Below, in pieces: positions 26,980 through 32,000 of a stretch of 32,000 bases of DNA (the stretch's first letter is position 1; every line of letters starts with the position of its first letter). Source of the stretch: an uncultured Acidobacteriaceae bacterium (GTDB lineage: Bacteria > Acidobacteriota > Terriglobia > Terriglobales > Acidobacteriaceae). Made by a program: the position numbers and the translations under genes. Location: positions 485,894-517,893 of the forward strand of contig CAVTVB010000008.1 of NCBI GenBank assembly GCA_963738035.1, written 5' to 3'. The notes beneath the pieces are model-generated. The model was not told where the DNA came from. It saw nothing but the letters and a program-made list of their open reading frames with translations, and ran no database searches.

Positions 26980-27007
26980 ATTCTACCCCAAAAGATGCCC
27001 GGTGCAA
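26980..27007 (-). promoter_or_regulatory. Sigma-70-type promoter upstream of the Hfq-like gene
   Basis: Minus strand reads TTGCAC (27007-27002), N16, TAGAAT (26985-26980). This predicts a 5' UTR of about 175-180 nt containing the hairpin GACTCT-N19-AGAGTC. The -35 lies within a hairpin GTGCAAC-N6-GTTGCAC (27002-27021) just after holB. Confidence 0.5.
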
Positions 27008-27052
27008 CGGTCTGGTTGCACACGGGAACGGTGTTATCTGTGGAGATAGTTG

Positions 27053-28153
27053 TTATCGTTCCTGCAGACTCACGGCCATTGCATCAATTGACAGCGAGCG
27101 CAGCAGATTGCGTCGCATCCCTTGTTCCACTTGCACAACCGCCCGGGAAGTCGCCGCAATCCAGTCGACGGTGACTTCCTTCGCCATCCGTTCCAACTCG
27201 GCGGCAAGGTCAAGATTTCGAATAAGCTCCGGAGTTCCCGCAATCATCAGCAGCAAATCTTCGAGCAAACTCCCCAGCGCACGCAGCAGGTTGATCGTCT
27301 TTTCCTGCCCGTCGGCGCCCCCGCGATATGTTTCAGTCACGTGAAAAAGCGCCGAAAAATCGGGCTCACGAAGCGCAGTTCTCAGCATTAGGAGCGCATC
27401 CTGGCGGCTGGCAAGATAGGCCTCCAGGTTGATGGTCAATGCCCGCCCCACCGCGCCCTCGGCCAGCCTCGCCGCAAGCGAACGTTGCGCAAGCTTCAGT
27501 TCTGGCCTGCGCTCGGCAAGCAATCCTTCAATCTCTGCAACCGGCAAAGCACCCAGTCGGTAGAGAAGCGCGCGCGACCGGATCGTCGGCAGCAGTTCGT
27601 GAGGATTCTCAGTAAGCAGAATCAGCGATGTGCGCTCCGGCGGCTCCTCGAGCACCTTGAGCAGGCTGTTCGCCGCCTCTTTCATAAATGCCGAAGTGGT
27701 GAAGATTGTGAACGCCCGATGAGCGTTTGCCGGCGGCCGATAATACGCCGCGTGAATCACGGCGCGCACCTGCCCCATTTTGATCAACAACTGTGGAGGA
27801 TCTGGCGGCACCACCAGGACATCAGGATGCGTCTGGATCAGGATGCGCGTCTCGCGCTTGTCTGCGTCGCGCATCTCTTCGCGCGCGGCCACCGCTTCCG
27901 CAACCCGTTCTTCCAGGTTGGCGGATTCAGCGATGCGCTGGCAATTGGAACAGTGCCCGCAAAAGTCCGGCAGTCCATCTGTTTCCGTCGGCTCAAGGCA
28001 GTTCACGGCCTGTGCCAACATCAGCGCAAGTGTGTACTTGCCTGCGCCCTTGGGTCCGGCAAGAATCAGCGCCTGTGGAAAATGTCCGCTCCGCAATCCC
28101 TCGCGCAGGTGCCGGACGGTCGCCTCGTTGCCATGAAAGCTCTGGAATCCCAC
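27053..28153 (-). CDS. holB: DNA polymerase III subunit delta prime
   Basis: 366 aa with a GTG start. The AAA+ P-loop is ILAGPKGAGKYTLALMLAQAVNC. The zinc module is CGHCSNCQRI, and an SRAL-type motif (TIRSRA) is present. Confidence 0.9.
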   Translation of the reverse strand: MGFQSFHGNEATVRHLREGLRSGHFPQALILAGPKGAGKYTLALMLAQAVNCLEPTETDGLPDFCGHCSNCQRIAESANLEERVAEAVAAREEMRDADKRETRILIQTHPDVLVVPPDPPQLLIKMGQVRAVIHAAYYRPPANAHRAFTIFTTSAFMKEAANSLLKVLEEPPERTSLILLTENPHELLPTIRSRALLYRLGALPVAEIEGLLAERRPELKLAQRSLAARLAEGAVGRALTINLEAYLASRQDALLMLRTALREPDFSALFHVTETYRGGADGQEKTINLLRALGSLLEDLLLMIAGTPELIRNLDLAAELERMAKEVTVDWIAATSRAVVQVEQGMRRNLLRSLSIDAMAVSLQER

Positions 28154-28187
28154 CCTTCGAGTCTACGGCATTTCCAGGATGCGTTCC

Positions 28188-29627
28188 TCACGCCCTCGGA
28201 AGGACCTTTACGCGGATTCCGTTCTTGGGGCGCAAAGTGATCTTCGGCTGCAGCTCGATCTTCTGCCCCGCGACAAGCTCAAAGCGCCACCGCTGCGCAA
28301 TCGTCGCCAGCGCAAGAATCGCCTCCATCCATGCAAACGATTCCCCAATGCACTGCCGCCCACCGCCGCCAAAGGGAAAATAAGCGAACCGCGGCCGTCC
28401 TGCCTTGGCTTCCGGCGTAAACCGCTCGGGGCAGAACCGCTCCGGATCAGGAAACCACTGCGGATCTCGCTGAACAATGTACTGGCTGAAAAAAACCATG
28501 GTCCCCTTGCGAAGCCGATACGGCCCGATTGAAACATCCTGCAACACTTCGCGCCCCATCGCCCACGCCGGCGGATAGAGCCGCATAGATTCGGACAACA
28601 CCATGGCTGTGTACTCAAGCCGCGGAATATCCTCGAACGTCGGCAGCCTCCCGCCCAGAACCGTATCGAGTTCAGCATGAAACCGCGCTTCGGCCTCTGG
28701 GTTCTGCCCCAGCAGAAGCCAGGTCCACGCCAGCGCATTGGCCACCGTCTCATATCCGGCAAGGAACAGCGTCAGAACCTGGTCGCGGATTTGCTGCGCA
28801 TCGAGCTTGTGCCCGTCGCCCCCCGCCTGGTCGTCCCGCGCCGCAACCAGCATCGACAGCAGGTCGCCATGCCGCTCCGGGTTTCTCCCTGGGTTTGCCT
28901 CCTCCGCGCTTCGCGCCTGAACCATGCCATTCACGACTTCATCCAGCCGCTTCTTTGCTGCGCGAAACCGCCGCATCTGCGGCAACGGCGTATTCAGCAA
29001 AAGCTCAGCTCGCGGTAGCGTGACCAGGAAGTGATAGAGGTCCATGATGATATTCACCTGGTCGTTGATCTCGTGAATCTCGGCCGTCACTTCGGTATCG
29101 AATAAAGTACGCGCCGTAATCTGCAAAGCCAGCCGCATCATTTCGGCGGCGATGTTGAGTTCCGCTCCGGGCTGCCATTGCGCGCAAAGCCCGTCGGCAA
29201 GTTCCACAATCTGTGCAGCGTAGCGCTCAATGCGTCGCCGGTGAAAGGCAGGAGCGGCGATGCGGCGTCCTCGATTGTGATTCTCACCGTCCGAAGTGAT
29301 CATCCCCTCGCCCAGCAGGATCTTCATTCGCTTCTGCGTCCTGTCTTTGCCGAAGAACGCTGCCTTGTCGATGAGCACCTCCGCGATATCGGCGGGGTCG
29401 TTCAGGAGCACAACGTCATGCAACAGAATGCGATAGTGCGCCGCGCGTCCGTAGCGCTGCAGGTGTTCAAACAGAAGAATGGGATTGGTCGGATCGAAGA
29501 ATCCATGAAACCGGTAGAAAGGCAGATTGAAACGCAGGCCCGGAGGATACGCATATGGCCCGCGCTTCACCACTTTCGTTCGTTTGTGCTTATCGGTAGA
29601 GTCAAGGACAGAATCGGCAGACTTCAC
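28188..29627 (-). CDS. Cytochrome P450
   Basis: 479 aa with a GTG start. Heme-thiolate motif FPFGGGGRQCIGESFA, ExxR motif ESMRLYPP, and I-helix FLAGYETV. Confidence 0.92.
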   Translation of the reverse strand: MKSADSVLDSTDKHKRTKVVKRGPYAYPPGLRFNLPFYRFHGFFDPTNPILLFEHLQRYGRAAHYRILLHDVVLLNDPADIAEVLIDKAAFFGKDRTQKRMKILLGEGMITSDGENHNRGRRIAAPAFHRRRIERYAAQIVELADGLCAQWQPGAELNIAAEMMRLALQITARTLFDTEVTAEIHEINDQVNIIMDLYHFLVTLPRAELLLNTPLPQMRRFRAAKKRLDEVVNGMVQARSAEEANPGRNPERHGDLLSMLVAARDDQAGGDGHKLDAQQIRDQVLTLFLAGYETVANALAWTWLLLGQNPEAEARFHAELDTVLGGRLPTFEDIPRLEYTAMVLSESMRLYPPAWAMGREVLQDVSIGPYRLRKGTMVFFSQYIVQRDPQWFPDPERFCPERFTPEAKAGRPRFAYFPFGGGGRQCIGESFAWMEAILALATIAQRWRFELVAGQKIELQPKITLRPKNGIRVKVLPRA

Positions 29628-29691
29628 GGTTCGAGTCTAGAGCATCGCGTGCGCGACTCGACCTGACCGATTTGATCACGCTGAAATCGAA

Positions 29692-29720
29692 GGCTCCGGA
29701 TTCCAATGATCTCCGGAGCC
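29692..29720 (-). terminator. Hairpin terminator downstream of the TlpA-like gene
   Basis: 9-bp stem GGCTCCGGA / TCCGGAGCC with an 11-nt loop. On the minus strand it is followed by TTCGATTTCAG. It begins 12 nt after the stop codon. Confidence 0.55.
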
Positions 29721-29731
29721 ACCGCGCTCGT

Positions 29732-30598
29732 TTACTGGTGAATTCCCGCCTGGGCCAGCATCAGCAGGAACTGTCGCTGTGTGCGCATATCGATAGCGGT
29801 CGCGACCAGCTTGCCTTCGCGGTCGAATACGAAGCTTTTTGGAATTCCACCGTCCACGTGAAACTGGTTCGCAACCTTTGAACCCGGATCAAGCAGTACG
29901 GTCGGATGGAAATTCATGGGCTCGATGGTCTTGGCGATCAGAAAAGGATCCGAAGATGGGACTTCCTCGGGATCAATTGCGAGCACGACGAGCCCCTGCG
30001 ATTGAAGATGTGTGTAGATGGCATCAAGATCGGGCATTTCCATCCGGCATGGCGCACACCAGGTAGCCCAGAAATTCACCAGCACAACCTTGCCACGGAG
30101 TTGAGAGAACGTGACCTTCTTCCCGTGCAGATCTTTCAGCGTGAAATCGATCTTTTCGATATCTGCGTCATTCTTTGCAAGAGCTTCAGAAGCTTTAACA
30201 AAAAGCGGGTCGGTGAGCGTTGAAGTGGCATGCTCGTATCGGACGAGTCGCGCCAGGTCGAAGTATGGAGCAGGCGGCCAGTCTTTCTTTGCGGGAATCG
30301 GCGTCTCGGCCAGCGCCTGCGACAGCGTATCGGCAACGGCCTGAATCGTCTCGGCCCCCTGGTCGCCTTCTGTCGCCAGATGAGCAAGATCGTCGGCGAG
30401 ACCGACCTTGGACTTCCCAGCCGGCAGCGCCCGGATATCGGCGGCGAGCTTGACGATGGTAGTTGGTCTCTGCGCCGACGGCACATCGCGAAGGCCGGCT
30501 ATCTGCTTCTGAATTGCGTCTTCCGGTCCTTTGGCAAAGGCCAGTGGGGCGACCAAAAGAAGCGCTGCACAAAGAAATACCCGTCGACTCGGGATCAT
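29732..30598 (-). CDS. TlpA-family thiol:disulfide oxidoreductase with an N-terminal extra domain
   Basis: ATG 30598 has GGGAGA 4 nt upstream; the ORF opens at 30634. Signal peptide is MIPSRRVFLCAALLLVAPLAFA. The thioredoxin motif is VLVNFWATWCAPCRMEMP. Confidence 0.85.
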   Translation of the reverse strand: MIPSRRVFLCAALLLVAPLAFAKGPEDAIQKQIAGLRDVPSAQRPTTIVKLAADIRALPAGKSKVGLADDLAHLATEGDQGAETIQAVADTLSQALAETPIPAKKDWPPAPYFDLARLVRYEHATSTLTDPLFVKASEALAKNDADIEKIDFTLKDLHGKKVTFSQLRGKVVLVNFWATWCAPCRMEMPDLDAIYTHLQSQGLVVLAIDPEEVPSSDPFLIAKTIEPMNFHPTVLLDPGSKVANQFHVDGGIPKSFVFDREGKLVATAIDMRTQRQFLLMLAQAGIHQ

Positions 30599-30612
30599 CT
30601 GTTCTCCCTGAC

Positions 30613-30633
30613 TGAATGAATCGAGTTCATTCA
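30613..30633. promoter_or_regulatory. 8-5-8 palindrome just upstream of the TlpA-like ribosome-binding site
   Basis: TGAATGAA-TCGAG-TTCATTCA is a perfect inverted repeat. It is flanked on the plus strand by TTTTTCTTTTTT and lies 15 nt upstream of ATG 30598 on the minus strand. Confidence 0.4.
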
Positions 30634-30822
30634 TTTTTCTTTTTTGATTTCGCCGGGATTATATCCATACCACCACCGCCATGTTTGTGATTTGCTGCAC
30701 GTCAGCCCCGCGGTGGCGATCCGCATACAATCTTTGGGCGCTAAGTGCTTTAAGGACTATCCTCGCAACCTTCCCAACGGTCTCCCCGTACAATGAAAAA
30801 GGAAGCCCGTTTTTGCGAAACC

Positions 30823-32000
30823 ATGGCAAAAGACGCAGAGAAGTCACGCGAACCCAATTCGAAACCAGCCAGTGAAAGCAAGCCGGAACTTCGCAAGACC
30901 GACGAGGATCCAGTTGGCAAAGTCTACGACTCCCGCCTGATCAAGCGCCTTGGGCATTATCTGCGCCCCTACTGGTTGCAGGCGGCGATCTCGTCCGTCT
31001 CCATCTCCTTGAAATCCATGAGCGATGTTGCCGGGCCCTACCTGGTGATGGTGGGCATCGACCGCTATTTCCCGACGGACAAAGGCGTGACCGGAGCCAC
31101 AATACTGAGCCATGAAGGCGGACCTACAGCTCTTCTCCTTCGCCATCTGCCCACCAACCCCATGCAAGGCATCACCCGGCTCGCTCTCATCTTCCTTGTC
31201 GCCCAGGTCTCCGCTTATCTTTTTGAGTTCATCCAGACCTACCTGATGCAGTGGACGGGTCAGAAGATCATGTTCGACCTGCGCCGCGACATCTTCAGTC
31301 ACATGCAGCGCATGCACGTTGGGTTCTTCGACACGCACGCGGTGGGCCGCCTCGTCACGCGCATCACTTCAGACGTCGATGCCATCAATGAAATGTTCAC
31401 CGGCGGCATTCTTGCCATCGTCGACGACTTCTTCACGCTGACGATCATGGCCATCGTGATGCTCAACATCAACTGGTGGCTGGCGCTGCTGGCTTTCGCC
31501 GTCTTGCCGCTCATCCTCATCGTCACGCGCCTGTTCCGCAACAGTGTTCGCGAAAGCTATCGCCGCGTGCGCGCCGCCATCGCCCGCATCAACAGCTTCA
31601 CCCAGGAACACATCAGCGGCATGGCCGTGGTGCAGCTCTTCAATCGCGAAGAACGCGCCTACAAAGACTTCGAAGACGTCAACCGCCTGCACATGATCGC
31701 CTTCAAGGACACCATCTTCGCCTACGCGCTCTACTACCCAGCGGTCGAAATACTGTCGTCAGTCGCGATCGCACTCGTCATCTGGCGAGGCGGCTTCGGC
31801 GTGCTTGCGGGCACGGTGACCATCGGCATGCTGGCTGCGTTCAATATGTATTCGCAGCGCTTCTGGCGTCCCATCCAGGACCTGAGCGACAAGTACAACA
31901 TCCTGCAAGCCGCCATGGCGGCATGCGAACGCATCTTCAAGCTGCTCGACACCGCACCTGAGATCGTCAGCCCCGCCAATCCCCGCTCCGGCGACGGATC
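30823..32000 (+). CDS. ABC exporter, fused transmembrane/ATPase type (MsbA/ABCB-like), 5' part only
   Basis: An open frame runs from ATG 30823 to the window edge; it is absent from the ORF track because it has no stop. I translated it by eye. The ABC_membrane pattern includes FDLRRDIFSHMQRMHVGFFDTHAVGRLVTRITSDVDAINEMF and QEHISGMAVVQLFNREE. Confidence 0.85.
   Translation, partial: MAKDAEKSREPNSKPASESKPELRKTDEDPVGKVYDSRLIKRLGHYLRPYWLQAAISSVSISLKSMSDVAGPYLVMVGIDRYFPTDKGVTGATILSHEGGPTALLLRHLPTNPMQGITRLALIFLVAQVSAYLFEFIQTYLMQWTGQKIMFDLRRDIFSHMQRMHVGFFDTHAVGRLVTRITSDVDAINEMFTGGILAIVDDFFTLTIMAIVMLNINWWLALLAFAVLPLILIVTRLFRNSVRESYRRVRAAIARINSFTQEHISGMAVVQLFNREERAYKDFEDVNRLHMIAFKDTIFAYALYYPAVEILSSVAIALVIWRGGFGVLAGTVTIGMLAAFNMYSQRFWRPIQDLSDKYNILQAAMAACERIFKLLDTAPEIVSPANPRSGDG

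Noticed and set aside
1-32000. Scan for CRISPR arrays, IS or transposase or integrase genes, rRNA, and toxin-antitoxin or known defence gene pairs
   Set aside because: None were found. I saw no regularly spaced direct repeats, no ORFs with DDE, tyrosine-recombinase or serine-recombinase motifs, and no small overlapping gene pairs other than the DUF507-like and sigma/anti-sigma pairs.

Overview
32-kb chromosomal window, roughly 60% GC. It is most likely from an Acidobacteriota (Terriglobia-like) genome: it carries a duplicated orphan FtsX-type permease of the ADOP kind, many secreted or outer-membrane proteins, and an intergenic palindromic repeat of a type I recall from that phylum. Housekeeping genes are tRNA-Glu(CUC), recJ, tmk, secA, holB, Sua5/TsaC and an Hfq-like gene. 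Accessory blocks sit between them: (1) a divergent arsenic locus, arsR-acr3 / arsM-arsC; (2) an ECF sigma / soluble zinc-finger anti-sigma pair, flanked by a His/Met-rich secreted protein and a cupin-SnoaL fusion; (3) a cytochrome P450; (4) a YXWGXW-repeat protein with a Q/H-rich tail. I found no CRISPR array, transposase, integrase, rRNA, toxin-antitoxin pair or recognisable phage-defence module. The least explained stretch is 17.0-18.6 kb. It holds a DinB-family gene broken by two frameshifts, then three small membrane-protein ORFs I cannot classify. Two of these are paralogues with a conserved F-Q-R-P-P-P C-terminus, and one of the pair is also frameshifted. All three frameshifts are consistent with one extra G in a G-run, so sequencing error must be excluded before calling them pseudogenes. 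Family names come from motif recognition by eye; no database search was run. Many long ORFs in the supplied track are antisense shadow frames and were discarded.
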